Assembly (NCBI GenBank): GCA_903813345.2
Contig: CAIIXF020000001.1
Location: 48,236,001-48,300,000, forward strand
Source: Owenia fusiformis
Taxonomy: Eukaryota
Length of the DNA stretch: 64,000 nt
Direction of reading: 5' to 3'
Positions 20,106-34,100 of this stretch are shown here, piece after piece (position 1 is the stretch's first letter; each line of letters opens with the position of its first letter). The position numbers were made by a program, and so were the translations under genes. The notes under the pieces are model-generated. The model saw only the letters and a program-made list of their open reading frames with translations. It searched no databases and was not told the origin of the DNA.

Positions 20106-22790
20106 CAGTGGAGACGATGGGCTCAATTGCCGTATCATATTGCAATTGAACGACGATACGGCAATTGCCGTATCGTCTTATTTTAATTCCAAACGCGCAT
20201 GTCTAGCAACTCAGCGCTATTAAAGCATAATACGGCAATTGCCGTATTGTGCTTCAATTTTATTAAGAGTATTTATTTTTTATTATCGCCAAAATACAAC
20301 AGCCCTGGAAGGTCTATTAACACGACTCAAGCAAATATTATAATTCGAAATTCAATTTTACACTGGTTTAAATCAAAAAGTCATTTTTATACTTTCTAGG
20401 CTCCACCGTAGTGCAATACTTAAATATAATCAATACTGCGCTTAAGACTGAAACACTAAATACATTTTTATTTCTATTGAAGGTATGATGTTTGATATCT
20501 CAAACGCACTGAGACAACCGATTTTACTTTGGATAAACAATATTCAAAATTAGGTTTAGCATTTAAATCACTGATTTTTAATTACGAAAATAGACTGAAC
20601 CTAGTATCAACAAGATATATCAATTATTAGTCAGTTAGTATGGCCAGTATATTTAATCAAAACATTGTCGATTATATTATGCGATACTGTTTATTTACGA
20701 TATGAAATCTGTGAAAGATTCAGTTAAAAAGATTTTTCCTTGGGAAATGGGAAGGAAAGGGAAATGGTAGAATATTTGCCATTATCCACGAAAAAACAAA
20801 ACTTAGTAGTAGATCTATTGCCCGTGGTAGATCGCTATAAAAACGTTCTTGGCAGTCTAATGTGCATGAAGGCATTATAGTTTGACAAGTATTACGGAAC
20901 CAAATACATAAAATAAAGTCTTCTTTGCGCATTTGCAATTGCAATAAAGGTTTCAAGAATTTCTTTATAATTATGAGTTTATTACTGTATGTATTTGAAT
21001 GAAGTTTGTATGATGTACATGTCATTCCTCCTCCTATGTTGAAGCTGAGACTATACATATCTAATTGCGGGTGGCGCGACACGGGAGATACAACTCTCGG
21101 ATAAAGTTTAAAATTCCTTTTATCTGTTTATGTTAGTCTCAGGTTGAAGTAAGTAGGTTTTCAGACGCAAAATGTAATATTTCCGCTGTAAAATAATTAC
21201 GAATTGAGGCTTAATACTAGTAAATGGAAATGATCAAATATATATCAACATTTTTCAATCTGCGTGGATTCCGTGAAAGTACACGTAACGATTCATACCT
21301 GTATGAAGTATGCTGAAACGGCCGAGATCTGCTTATATATTGATACATGCGCGGCCTTGACAGAGCAAACCTACTAACCCACATACGTGTGCTACTAACC
21401 TAGATACGTCTAGCTAATTTGCATAATGTTGTTGCAGTCTGAATCCACTTTCTGGCTCTAAACTGCCTGTTTAAAAAATGGCATTTATTAGTCTATAACT
21501 CTGCTATTAGTTGACAGATTTCGAAATAAATAAGACCATGGTTATGCTCGGAACTAAAGCTTTCTGATGGTTCCACTTTGTAGTGACCAAATTGCGAGAA
21601 AACTGAGGAAATAGAAGGTAAAGGCGATTTCTCGAATTCCAAGTTTCACATAAGAAATCCTGCGTTCTGATTGGCTGGCTTTCTAGCAGTCCCAATCCAC
21701 TTTTAGCTCTCCAAACTCGCCGTTTTAGAAATGACACTTTTCGGTCTTTTTCTCCGCCATTTCTCGGTCGATTTCTAAAAGCATAATGTCATAGTGAAGC
21801 TGACAAAACCAGCTTCCCGATTGTATCACTTTTGAAGCGATCCATGTGCAATAGATAGGTGGAATTCGAGCGTGAAAATGTTTCTCCATAATCGAAGATT
21901 CACTTGAGAAATACTGAGGAATCGGGCATTCTGATTGGTCAGTTTTCCTGCATTCTCAAGTCACTTTCCCGACTCTAAACTGAGTTTCTAGAAATGGCAC
22001 TTGCTACATACGTCTCTTGGTTTTGTTTCTGGGCGAATTGGTTGCTGGACGAAATTATCCAGGCAGCATTGTCCGTCTGAGAACAATGGTAATGCGAACG
22101 GTACTTAGTACTTTGAACGCGATCTAGTAATGACTTAAAGCCGAGACTTTTATACCTAAAACGTCAGTGTAAAGGATGAATCAAACCCAAAATGCATGCA
22201 GGAAGACGATGTTATTTATAAAAACGATAAAATTAAAATTAAAACCTGTCTGGTTTCATGTTATTCTCGCCTCTGGAATGTCTGAAGAGCACCTTAACCC
22301 CCAAAGTACGTTTTTGTCTTTTGCCTAAAATAAGTGAAACTTTGAGCACCCACGGGAGTAATTGCACACGGCAGAATTTAAATGCACGCGAGGAAAAGTT
22401 TATTTTATATATGTTCTTCTAATATCAATAAAAAAATTCATGCCATCTCTTTATTTAATATTGCCGAAATTAAGTACAAGGAGGGTCTGTTGCAATTTCA
22501 CAATTTCAGGGATTTCAGGTTGTAATCGGCCCTTGTGCACTGGAGTAGAAATAAACGATATCTAGGATAAAATATTTCATGTCATTAAATTTGAACCCCC
22601 TATTTATGGAAAATACTTTAAAATTGTACCTACTATGGATGTTATATGATTTAATATGAATTTGAAGTCCGGAATTGTTTAGATTTTTAAAAGATAACCG
22701 TTATTACAAATAATGACGTTCTATACGGCAATTGCCGTATCGCCGTTCAAATGCAGTATGATACGGCAATCGAGCCCATCGTCTCCACTG
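20106..22790. mobile_element. 2.7-kb non-autonomous DNA transposon, ~65-bp TIRs, 5-bp TSD
   Basis: cagtggagacgatgggctc... and ...gagcccatcgtctccactg; TSD CATAG at 20101-20105 and 22791-22795; palindrome atacggcaattgccgtat in both ends; no transposase ORF. Confidence 0.9.
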
Positions 22791-24189
22791 CATAGGGCCT
22801 GTAGAAAACACTAAACAGAAAAATAAAAAAAATATTCATACCACCAAATGTGCTTTATTGGTCAGATAATGCACCAAATCATAATGGTTGTTCAAAATAA
22901 AAATTTAAGGGAGCCTTATCTCGCTAGAATAAAGCAAATCACGCAAAGGCAACGCAATAGTGTTCCCAAAAATTTTCGCGTGTTTTTTATGACACATGCG
23001 CAGTAGAAATTGTCAATTTACTGAGCAGAACTTTCAATGGCCTGGAGAAATTTTACTCACGAGAATTGATGATTACTGAACACATATAGGCATAAGAGGT
23101 GAGCGACCCAGTTATTTTTGCGTATAAATGTTTCAAGAATAGCATGATATCAAATAATCTGTACATTATGCTACGACGATTCATTCAAAAATTGAATCTA
23201 GAGGACAGGTGACCATATTTTTTTCATATTTTTTTTAATTTTTACTAACATTACCTGGTGTATATATACCTCCTAGATGGAGGACTTCCCACTATCCGTG
23301 GCACATGGGCATTGCCGCTAAAAAGATCACGTGACTATTCTTATTTAGCTATCGCTAGTTATTTTGTAGCAAATCTTTACTTTCGTAAGTCAAGAGATCT
23401 CGCGAAACCTAAAATGGCTGGAATCTAAATTCAAAAGTTTTGTTGTCTAATAGAGGGCAATAGAACATTGATTTACTTCAACAACAGACTGTTATGTATT
23501 GATTCAAATATATAGTGTATTGTAAACGTTACTCACCACAGGTATGGTATGAAATATTTCAAGCGAAATGCGTGACATATACGGTATCCGCGTGAAAAGT
23601 CTGAACGAAATGCCTTTGTTTTTTTTCGTCATTCAGTTTTGTGGTATCGCCGATCATTTTTGAAACTTTTTCTACAGGAATATTTTTGCTGGACAATAAT
23701 CAGGTAAAATGCGTATTTGCGTGACAAATACACAAATTGCGGGACAGTTGGACGGCCTGCATTTTGTAAGCTTATAAGGAACGTTTTGAAAGGTGGTCAC
23801 TTTTTTTGAAATTTTCCCATTTCAAGGCATTTGGTGTTGAATTATTCCTTGAGCCTAGATCCTACTGCAAAACGATCTGGCCAACATCCATACGACAAGT
23901 AATAAGAGGCCTTTCTATGATATCAATAAAATTCTAGAATCTAAAATTTAAGATTTTTAAAATTGGCGCCATAATTTGGGACACAGCCAATCAAATTGAT
24001 TCGTTCGTTGGCACGAAAATGTCGCCATTTTTCTGATCGAAGGTCGAAAAACATATGCAGTTGAACCGCACCAATTTATGCTTGAACCCTGTGTTTCGAC
24101 TCTTCAAAAATATAACCAAATTAATCTACAATCATCCACTAAACCATTAACAAACATATCGATACAAAAACAAAAGTAATAGTCACCTA

Positions 24190-24560
24190 AGTCGTGTTGG
24201 CGGGTAACAGTCGTCACAGCTACGGTGGCTATGGCGTTTATTCCTACGGCAACTGTTGCCAGACGCTTTACTGTCATCAAAGATATATCACTCCGCTAAT
24301 GATATTTGTCTGCATTATGTATTGCAAAATGCATAAAGTTTTTGAACATGAGCGTCCCCAAGCATTCTCACATAATGATTATGCAAATAAAAAACTGCTA
24401 AGCACCGAGCAAATATTTGCAACAAAAGATAAATCATACCCGTCCTCGCAAAAAGTAGTTCTCAAAAGGCGGAAAATACAGGAAGTAATTCGGCTCAACC
24501 GCCATGTTGGTTGTAGTTGTGACAAAATGGCGGATGAAAGTTATTTTCAGCGTCATGACA
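24190..24560 (-). promoter_or_regulatory. Promoter-like CpG-enriched segment with candidate first exon
   Basis: YY1-type AAAATGGCGG and CCGCCAT, ETS CAGGAAGT, octamer ATGCAAAT, X-box-like motifs, donor CGG|gtatga at 24440. Confidence 0.4.
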
Positions 24561-24710
24561 ACTGTTCCACAGAGTCTTGTTCCGTTGAAAAGAGAATGAA
24601 TTTCCCTTCGAGATATAATCACTTTTGATCATATTGTTTGAAAATTTCGAAATATTTCTTATATCAACAGAAACAAGGCGGGATTTTAATGTTAGAAATC
24701 AATAATTCGG

Positions 24711-25499
24711 TCACAGATCCGGAGCCAGATCCAGCCCCTCTTGGTAGTAGGCTCAAAGGATAAATGGGAAGATGAGACACGAGCCAAAAATGGCACATCA
24801 AAAAAATGACCACCCAAAAATATGACCCTCGTACTGACCTTTATTTTTTCCATCTGTCAGACATTGATTGATCAATATTTACCCTGTAATCTCTTCTTTA
24901 TGTATTAGTTTGAATGGTTGCATGATATCCATTATTGACGCTGTAATTCGACTTTTCCCGGGACATTTATTTCAAATTTTCAGAGCGTAAAGATAATGGA
25001 GCACTTCGGTAATTTCCGGCAGTGTCCGATGTTGTTCGTCTCTCAAATTACGTCACATCGCAACAAACAGCCAATGAAAGTAAAGAATCGCGTAGCCTAA
25101 TAAACCGTCGTTATTGTTTCTACGGGAGTTTAAAGAAACGTCATGGGACTTCTCGGTAATCTCTGATGTGACGTCATCCGGAGTGGCGTCACATTCTCAG
25201 AAAAGGCATTTGACTTCGGGAATAATCATTTGAACAACGGAGATAGCCGAAGTGCTCCATTAAATATACGCTCGCTTATTTTTTGCTTTTATCAACAGAC
25301 GCTTTCTTGGATGTTTGGCTTTAGTGATTGGAGTTGAAGGTAACAACAGTACGCATCGTTTGAGGTATGACATGTGATATTTATTGAAAAACTGACTCCA
25401 AAATCAAGGAAAAATAAATTTTCCGAAGATCTCGTGTCTTATCCTTGAGTATATTTATTGAGCCTTGACACAGAGGAGCTTTTCTGGCAGAGGTCCGTG
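24711..25499. mobile_element. Degenerate fold-back/MITE with nested inverted repeats
   Basis: aggctcaa...gacacgag (24749-24783) pairs with ctcgtgtc...ttgagcct (25431-25465); inner gagcgta...taatggagcacttcgg (from 24983) pairs with ccgaagtgctccatta...tacgctc (to 25273). Confidence 0.6.
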
Positions 25500-25757
25500 A
25501 ATTCGGTTGTCAATTTCAAACCCTGGATTTTGGGGACCGCTCAATATAGTTTTATAAAATAATTAAAGTTGCAAGTATATCATACGTTAACAAATATTTT
25601 ATCACATACACATATATGACTATAATATGTTTGAAACAAAATTTATGCTTCAAATTGATCGACTAAGGATGTTTAGTGTTTTTGGCATAATAATTTAAAT
25701 AAGTGATATTATACAATATGATCAGAGGGACTATAAAATTAATCTACTCATGCGACA

Positions 25758-25849
25758 TCTTTCAATAGAATAATTTAGTTTTGCACAAATGTTCAAATAA
25801 TTGATGTTCTTTCAATAGAATAATTTAGTTTTGCACAAATGTTCAAATA
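25758..25849. repeat. Tandem direct duplication of ~42 bp
   Basis: tctttcaatagaataatttagttttgcacaaatgttcaaata occurs twice, 50 bp apart. Confidence 0.85.
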
Positions 25850-26338
25850 CTGTAAAACGGGTATTGTTAGCGAGGGGTAATTGTTAGCGATTGTTAGCGA
25901 TCGCTATAGTTTCGCTAAAAATTCAATTCGCTAAAATAAACCGGGTGCTAACATTTGCAAATTCCCGGGAAACTACATGAATACTAGTATTTAAGGAGCT
26001 TTTCGTTCAGTGCTCGACTTCCGGTTTGTAATTTGAAAAAGGTAAATATTTTTAAATCGTATGTTTCTTTCAATATCTGAAGGATAAATAGCCATCCATC
26101 ATGAGATTACAGTAGTTTGGACCAATTCCATGTGCGTTAGGAGTCTTACATTTTGATAATTCCTCTGTCATGTCCGTTATTCATTCTTCTGCCATAAATG
26201 ATAAAATTTCTAATGCATTTCGCTTATTTGATTTTTTAAAGATTAATCTTCATTTCGCTAAAATTTCCCGCGCTAAAACCCCCTAAAATTGAAAAATCGC
26301 TAAAATTTCCGGGTGTCAAAATTACCCGTTTTACAGTA
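25848..26338. mobile_element. MITE with TA target duplication (Tc1/mariner-type)
   Basis: TA|ctgtaaaacgggta ... tacccgttttacag|TA; internal ttagcga/cgctaaaa subterminal repeats. Confidence 0.85.
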
Positions 26339-26537
26339 ATGTTCCAAGTCTAAAATATTCACAATATGCAATACCAGGAAAACTTTTACAAAATGAAAAC
26401 TCTTTTGTTTGTCATATAAAGGTGGAAAGACATTCAACTTATAGACAGTGATAAAACCCATAAAAATCAGATCTCAGTCAGCATGTCAGATGTTCCTCCT
26501 GTAATCAGGTCTCTGTCAAAACAAAAATTAAGGATGG

Positions 26538-27720
26538 ATATCGATATGGTGAATTGAATTCAACATTGTTTTTCTTTTAAACCAATTATTGAAAATATTG
26601 TGTAAAAAACACAACTCTTTATGTAATGGTCACTGATTGACAACAATTTAATGTGAACATTATTTATATATATTTTCTCTAACTGTCAACATTTTTCATG
26701 TTTTTTCAGTGCAATTGTTTTTTGTTCCTTTCTACCATGGGCTTTCAACTTGAAGCCGGTAGGCAACTTCCCATATTTCATACATAAACATTGCCATGGG
26801 TTTTCAAAATTGGAGAATGTACACATTCCAAGAAAATCTTATTTTGTACTTTTTATTGATGATTAAAAGAAATAACTCAAAAATAAAAACATGATCTTCT
26901 ACATACATCTTGATAATTTAATAAAAATTGGAATTCATCATAATTATGACAATACAGAAAGTGAACATTCTCCCACAAATTATGTTTTTATTGGAATGTG
27001 TTCTTGAATAATTACCCACAATGCAATACTCAAAGAGAACATCTTGATAACTCTTATTCTTATTGGTCTCTTTTGTTTACTTTTATATGATATTGAATAT
27101 ATTTTATGCTTAAATCATATTAAAAAGTGATTTTTATTCAAAATAATACTAAAACATATACATTTATCTAATACTTTTTGAAATATTGCCATAAAAGGGA
27201 AGCATGTCATTGCTCATTTTGAAGGTCTCATGTTATTACATAGAGTTGCATACCCTTCTAGTTGAAAGCCGATGTTTCTACCAATTCTTGAGAGTGAAAT
27301 CAAATATCTTTCCGAACCTGTAAACAATATTTTCTTAGACCTCTTAATATTATAGTTATACAAAGGAAAGTTTGGTTCATTTAGATCTAACAAAAAGTGT
27401 TCAAAAAATTAAAACAAAACCCCAAAAATAGATAAAAATTAAAGTTAGCCTTTTATTTCATTAACAAGATACTTTCCTAAATGAACCAAACTTTTCTTTG
27501 TATAATTTCAATATTGAGAGACCCAAACACGTTGTGTACATGTATATGTCATTTTGTTCCAATGAGGTTCGGATTTCATTCCGAATATGATACCAAGAAC
27601 AAAAGAAGTGTCTGATATGTTTTCTAAAACTATATATCGAACAGTATATATATTTTTCAAATTAAATTGTTAAAATTCAAAAGATGATCATTATCATGTA
27701 AAATTTTCAGATTTTTTTTG
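26538..27720. mobile_element. Interspersed repeat (host of the CATGGG MITE); related copy at ~59625-60238, terminal fragment near 53532
   Basis: Collinear similarity with 59625-60180; internal palindrome tacaaaggaaagtttggttcattt / aaatgaaccaaacttttctttgta; tatcgatatggagaa-type termini; boundaries approximate. Confidence 0.7.
26736..27274. mobile_element. MITE, CATGGG termini, 7-bp TSD (copy 1)
   Basis: catgggctttcaact ... agttgaaagccgatg; TSD tttctac on both sides; highly similar to 39489-40015. Confidence 0.9.
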
Positions 27721-29754
27721 ATTTGAGGACACAGGGGGTAACTTTGTAACGTTTGTGTAGGTAACATGCCCCTTAACTGTTGAATGGTTAAAATTGCTTC
27801 AAAATGGTCAATGAAAGTGTGAAATGTGTTTTCTGTCCAAATAGTGTCCCATTTGTCAGATGGTATGGTTTAAACATCTCACTGTAAGATCATCCAATGT
27901 GTTTCAACAATTTCAGTGAATCACATTGGTAAAATTTTGCACATTATCTAATTTTAGGCATGTTTGTTAATTAAGTCTTGTAATTTCTTCAAAATCCAAG
28001 ACTGAGAATAAATTTTGGCATTAACAAAAATTTTAAACCTTTCTCCACAAGATGTGATAATATGAGCTGATTCATGCCTGTATTAAGGAAAATATAGCAT
28101 GTTGCAGGGGTTCAATTTTTTGGACCACCCTGTATATAAACATGAGTTTAACATATAAACATTTCTGCCATGTCTGTTACCATGGCAACAAATATGTTGA
28201 CATTAAAGGTCTAAAAAGGTATGTTTTTCTGTTCAAAATGACCATTTTTTCAAAATCATCTACGCATTTTCAGAAGAACAAATCAGACTTTCAATTTCAG
28301 ATTTTACCATTGGTTGGCATTGATTTGACCTTCAAAAGGTCAAAAAGTTCACTTTTAAAATTTATTTTTGGATCCTAAAGTCAGCTTAATCACAAAATAC
28401 CTATTGAGGTCTGAAAAAATTAAAAATTTCAAGATGAAGGTCTATCAGAAACATCTGTAACTATGATTATCAATGATTCCAAGCCCTCTGAAGAAATACC
28501 TCGGTGTTAATCCATAGATAATCCTTGAAAATGAGAAATATGTTGTTGGATTATATGGTGCAATCTTAGTCAGTAAAATTTTTCAAAGTGTACTGATGTT
28601 TTTTGTTAAGCGAAATGCATGAAAAAACTCCCCAATTCATTCGACAAACAACCCCCTCCTTTAAATAAAAGTTTGAGTCAAAAATGGCAAAATGATTTGA
28701 TTTTTAAAAACCCCTAATGCATTGATTTCCTAGTCTGCTTCCGAGACAAACTGCTGTAGTCTACAGATTTAAAAACCTAAATGCCACCCTTAATTTAGTG
28801 CAATATAATCTTTGAATCTAAAAATTCTGCCAAGAATTAAAAAAATTCCAGGGGATCCAAACTTGACAATTTTGGCAAAAAAATCCCCCCCCCCCGCCCT
28901 CCCCCAATTTTGACAGCAGAATCATTTAGGCTTCTCCTTGGCGCAACCTGATGTATCTTTATGGCAATACCTTTAGACAACCCTGTGGGCCCAGGGCATT
29001 TTTTTATTAATTAATATATTTGGTGTAAATTGAATATTTCTGAGTCAACTTTGATTCCAATTTTGAAGAATTTCTAATAGCCTACTGGTGAATCTGAGAA
29101 GCACTTCCTACAGATATTTCAAGATACTATTTTGTGATATATCTGGGTATTTTATATGTGTTTGTGTCAATAAATAGGCTAACAATTAATAATTTGCTAG
29201 AAGGTAGGGGTAAATGACCAGTATAAGCCCTAGATTAAAGTGAATATATTGGACAACAAATCAACAATAAATTAAGATTTTAAATACAATATAATTCAAC
29301 TTAATAATTTTAAATACAATATAATTCAACATATTTAAAAATAAGAATATTTACCATCACATTTGAATAGGCCTACTGTATTTACAAATTCAAAAATATA
29401 CAATAGGCAACTTGTTTAAATTAGCAATTGATGTTCAAGTATGTTTACAAGGATTCCAAAAATAATACAATGATAATATGCAAAAAGGGTGGGCCAAAAA
29501 ACCTACACACTTTTGTGGCAATGGTTAGTGGTTGTGATAAATGACAGGTGGTGACATTTTGCATGTTAATAACGTCATTTCAAAGGGCAATATAGTGAAA
29601 TATTGGACCAAGGGCCGAAGGCCAATATCTCACTATTGCCTTGTAATATCTCACTATTTTGCCCACAGAACTGACTACCACTGAATGAAAATTATATGCA
29701 TTGAATGATATCTATCATTGGCCCGCCACTATGACGTCACATATTGCTCAGGTC

Positions 29755-30860
29755 AACCAGAACAACAGCAACGCCAAAGCGTAGCGAATCCCATCGAACA
29801 GAAATGGCTGGCATTTTTACAAACTAAATATATAGCAAATATCATAAAATAACACACATAAGAAAGGCCACCATTTTCAAAACTGATGCTCACTGGCCAA
29901 GTTGTCATCAGAAGAAGTAATATGCTTTTTCTTTATAGTATTCACATACCAAATATGAACAAAATCGCTCCACCACTTTTTGAGTTATAGTAAAATACGT
30001 TAAAATGGCGGCCATTTTTCAAAATCGCCAATTTCTACCAAAAGTGTCATTAGACAGTGTGCCCTGCTTATGTCATTCACATAGCAAATATGAACAAAAT
30101 CTCTCCACTACTTTTCGAGTTATAGTAAAATACGTTAAAATGGCGACCATGTTTCAAAATGGCCGCCTTCTACCAAAAGTGTCATTAGACAGTGTACCAT
30201 GCTTATAGTATTCACAAACCAAATATGAACAAAATCGCTCTACTACTTTTTGAGTTATAGTAAAACATGTTAAAATGGCGGCCATTTTTCAAAATGGTCG
30301 CCTCCTACCAAAAGTGTCATTTGACAGTGAGCCATGCTTATAGTATTCACATACTAAATATGAACAAAATCGCTCCACTACTTCTTGAGTTACAGCAAAA
30401 ATCGTAAAATAACGAGTAAAGGCTGCCATTTTTCAAGATGGCTGCCATGTGCTTCTTTAATATCTATATTTTTAGCTTATCAATGTCCTATATAATTTTT
30501 TTACATTTAAAACATATTGCTATTACAGTTTTACATATTGCACCTAAATTACTGTAAAATCGGCACTAAAATGGCCGCCATTTTTAAATGAGCGGCCATT
30601 TTGAAAATCGGCTTTTGAGCAGAACTTCTACCCCCATAGGGTATATGTGTACAAAATATGAACAAAATCGGGCCAACGGTATTTGAGTTATTGCCCGGAC
30701 GGACGGACGGACGGACGGACAGACAGACGGACGGACGGACGGACGGACGGACAGACAGACGGATGGACGGACGTACGTTCAGACGTACGTACGGAGGGAC
30801 GGACGGACGGAAGGACGGAGGCGTTCCCTATATCCCTCCGAACTTCGTTCGATGGGATAA
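29755..30860. mobile_element. Helentron/HINE-like element with 4 x 135-bp core repeats and (GGAC)n microsatellite
   Basis: Subterminal IR atcccatcgaac (29788-29799) / gttcgatgggat (30847-30858); terminal hairpin; cores recur at 29943, 30078, 30213, 30348; same family as 53781-55680. Confidence 0.85.
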
Positions 30861-31156
30861 TAAAGTAAAATAAATGCCTTCTAATCTAGTACTAATACCC
30901 CTAGAACAGGCCCGGCAAGGTGATCATAATGCTTTGGTTCATAATGCATTCATTTTAATAATAATGTATTTGTCTTTAATTTGGCGCTTCTTAATTTGGC
31001 AATTTTGGGATATCAGACAATTAATATTTATTTAATTTGGCAGTTTTTCAAGGGGATAAATCTCATATCTACAATAGTCTAGCAGGGGCCATTTCAATAT
31101 TTTCAGTAATAAATATTGAGCATTTCTATGATTAATAAGCAGTCCTTATCAATGTC

Positions 31157-34100
31157 TCAAAAATTAACATTGTCCTTTCTTTCCTTTATTTCAACAATAG
31201 AAACACCCTCTCCATCAGAATTGCGCTGCCAGAACTCTAATTTTTCCTCTTGTGGTTTGCCTACAGGTTCAGGAACTTCAGCTATCTCCAGCTGCAAATA
31301 CAACAGCATATACTCAGGATTCTATACAAAACTACAAAATCATCAAAGCTAAAGCTCGGCAAGTCCCAGCGATCTAACCCATTGTGTAGGTTCGCAAAAA
31401 ATGTGTAAGCTGATTTTTCACAATGTATTTGAAGTACAACTTGAATAAAAGGTTGGCTGAAAAAGATGCTCGAGTTTATCAATTTTTTAATCCTTCCATG
31501 AATCATATTTTAGCATTAATTCCTACAACTAAATTGTTACTTTTTCTGTTTTAGAATTTTGAAATGTTAAGCTCCAAAAATTCTGAATTCATATTGAAGT
31601 TCTATGACATATGTGAGAAAATGTCAAAATTTAAAATATCTTGAAATAATGTAGCACAATTTTAAAGCAATCATTATTAGAACATGATATAATCAGAATT
31701 TTTCTCATACATTCAAAAAATGTTATATTGAACATACATTGAAAGGGCCACATGATGCTAAGTATGTACTCCACTCGATTACACTGTTTACCGAAACAGA
31801 TCATTTTGGTAACAAAATGTCGGAACTTCGAGGATATGATTTTTCTTTTTTTAGTATCATATGTTTAAGAAATTGTACATGTTTGCGAAAACAGAATCAT
31901 CAATTTAATACCTCACTTTTGTTATGTAAGTGAAGTGAACAAGATCAGAAATGCAGATCTTTACCATTTTTGAAGTTCCACTTAATGTGTTAAACTTTTT
32001 TTTACAAAAATTTTACAAAATTGCTTTTTTCTTTTTTGTGAGGGTGGGTGGGGGTATTGTTATAAGATCCTTATTACTGACACATTCCTCTCTACTTTAC
32101 TATACATAAAATTGTATGTTTGTACATTTTACATTTTATATATAATTGTAAAATTATATATGAAAGTGATGTTCAAAGATGTCCAAATTAAATGGATGTA
32201 ATTTCACATTGACAATTAATTTTGATATATCGTTTTTCTTGAAGTTTTGATTGACAATTTTCTCAGTTCATTGATTTTTAATGATTGCTTATGATAGGGT
32301 CACATAGGATTAACTATAGGATCACATTATTATGGAATAAAGATATTGCTCTGTTGCTGGCAGAGTTTGGAAATCACATAATGTCTGGGTTATCTGATAC
32401 AAAAATACCAAGAACATTCGAATTGTTTTCGAGAAAATGGTCTCTAAACTAAGTGATAAATGAATCATATCACAATGATTAAATTAATATATATAGTAAT
32501 AGTTATGTAGTTTGTTTTTTTAACATGTAAATGTCTTCTTTTTCCTTCCTTTATAATTGTTATATTTTTTGTTTGAACATGTACTTGACCCCAAGGGGTG
32601 TGAATGTACTTGAAGAATAAATAAATAAATAAATAAATAAATGTATATATTAGTAACTGACTTAAAACATTCATGAAAAATACATGAAGAGTACCTGTTG
32701 TTCAGTTTCATGTTCACAACCCACGCTGGCCATCATCATCAGCCATATAAAAAGTACAACAGCTACAGACACCAGTACTGTCAGCTCAATGGCTACATGT
32801 TCTATCTCTAGTATCATCAACAATCCCTCAATTTGTAGTAAGATAATACTGAGGTTGGACACCACCTGCAATGTTTAACATCATAAGTAGCCATATTCAT
32901 GATTGTGAATATGCACAAAGAGTCAAAAGTTTTTTGCCATATACCTTCATTTATTTTTAGATGTAAAATACTCATAATAGTACCGTCTTTCCCTGTCCAA
33001 CATATCTGTCCCTCTGTCTATTTATGTCCCCTGTCTTTGTGCTCCGGGTTGTGCTCTGTTTCTCTGTCCACTATCTCTGTCCCTTGTTCCCTTGTTTCTG
33101 TGTCCTCCTTCTCTGTCCCCAGCCTCTGTCCCTCTGTCTCATTGTCTCTGGGCCCTCTTTGTTTGTCCACGATCTCTGTCCCCTGTCTCTGTTCCATTGT
33201 CTCAGTGCCAATTGTATGGAATTTAGTAGACTGGCACACATTTTTCTCATTTCACTTACAAAATAAAGAGATGAAATCTCTTCAAAATTGCCATCAATAG
33301 TATTTGTAACATACTCTGGACTTACCTCAAACAGCATGTGCACATTCAGGATGCTAGCCTCAGACTGCCAACTAACCCTCCTAGAAATAATAATTACATT
33401 ACTGTAAATATGGTACATTTGGGTTAAAGAAGAGCAGCTGCCTGGTGATTTTATATGTTATCTGCCCCTTTGGCCAGTTGGCCAGTTATTTGGATACAAT
33501 TCAGTAAAAGGTATCTAGATCTAGAAAAGGGAAAATAAAAGTGAAAACCTTTAATATGATACATGACAAATAATGTAATAATGTAAATAGATACTTTTTA
33601 ATTTTTGAATGGAAAACCATACTATATGCTCTACTGTTTTAAAACAACATTATTGATACAAAGGTACCTGTATGGACGCCCCAAGATGACAGCTATTAGA
33701 TATATGACACTGGTGGATAGATGGCAGCATACTTGAACAAGAGGGCTGAAAAAGTCACAGTTTATACATTGTTGAGGTAGTATATATATTTATTATATTA
33801 TTTGAACTTCTCAATTTCTCACTGGATCAGTTTTGTATACTGGAAACTGCTTTAATTTGACAGCTGTTTGAGCTAGTGTGATTTTTAAACATTGGTTCAG
33901 AATAATCTGGTTTTACATACTCTGTGACAGTGCTACTGCTAGTCTTTAACATTCCACTCCGGCGGGTGAATCTTTCACCATAAGCCATGGCGACAACACA
34001 TAAAGAATTGACATGATTGGTTGTTGTCCCATGCTTGTGCATGATTGTGAAATTCAGACAATTTGATTGATTACATTGCCCATTTTAACTAACAGCCACA

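Noticed and set aside
24194..24628. 144-aa plus-strand ORF
   Set aside because: GTG start, no recognisable domain, overlaps promoter-like sequence
28176..28189. Perfect X-box GTTACCATGGCAAC as an RFX enhancer
   Set aside because: Lies in repeat-like sequence far from promoter signals; such palindromes can be carried by repeats, so it cannot be supported alone
30658..30873. GRTD-repeat ORFs
   Set aside because: Translation of the (GGAC)n microsatellite
32899..33300. Overlapping ORFs in several frames
   Set aside because: Produced by a low-complexity CTCTGT tract in an intron; splice phases do not fit the gene
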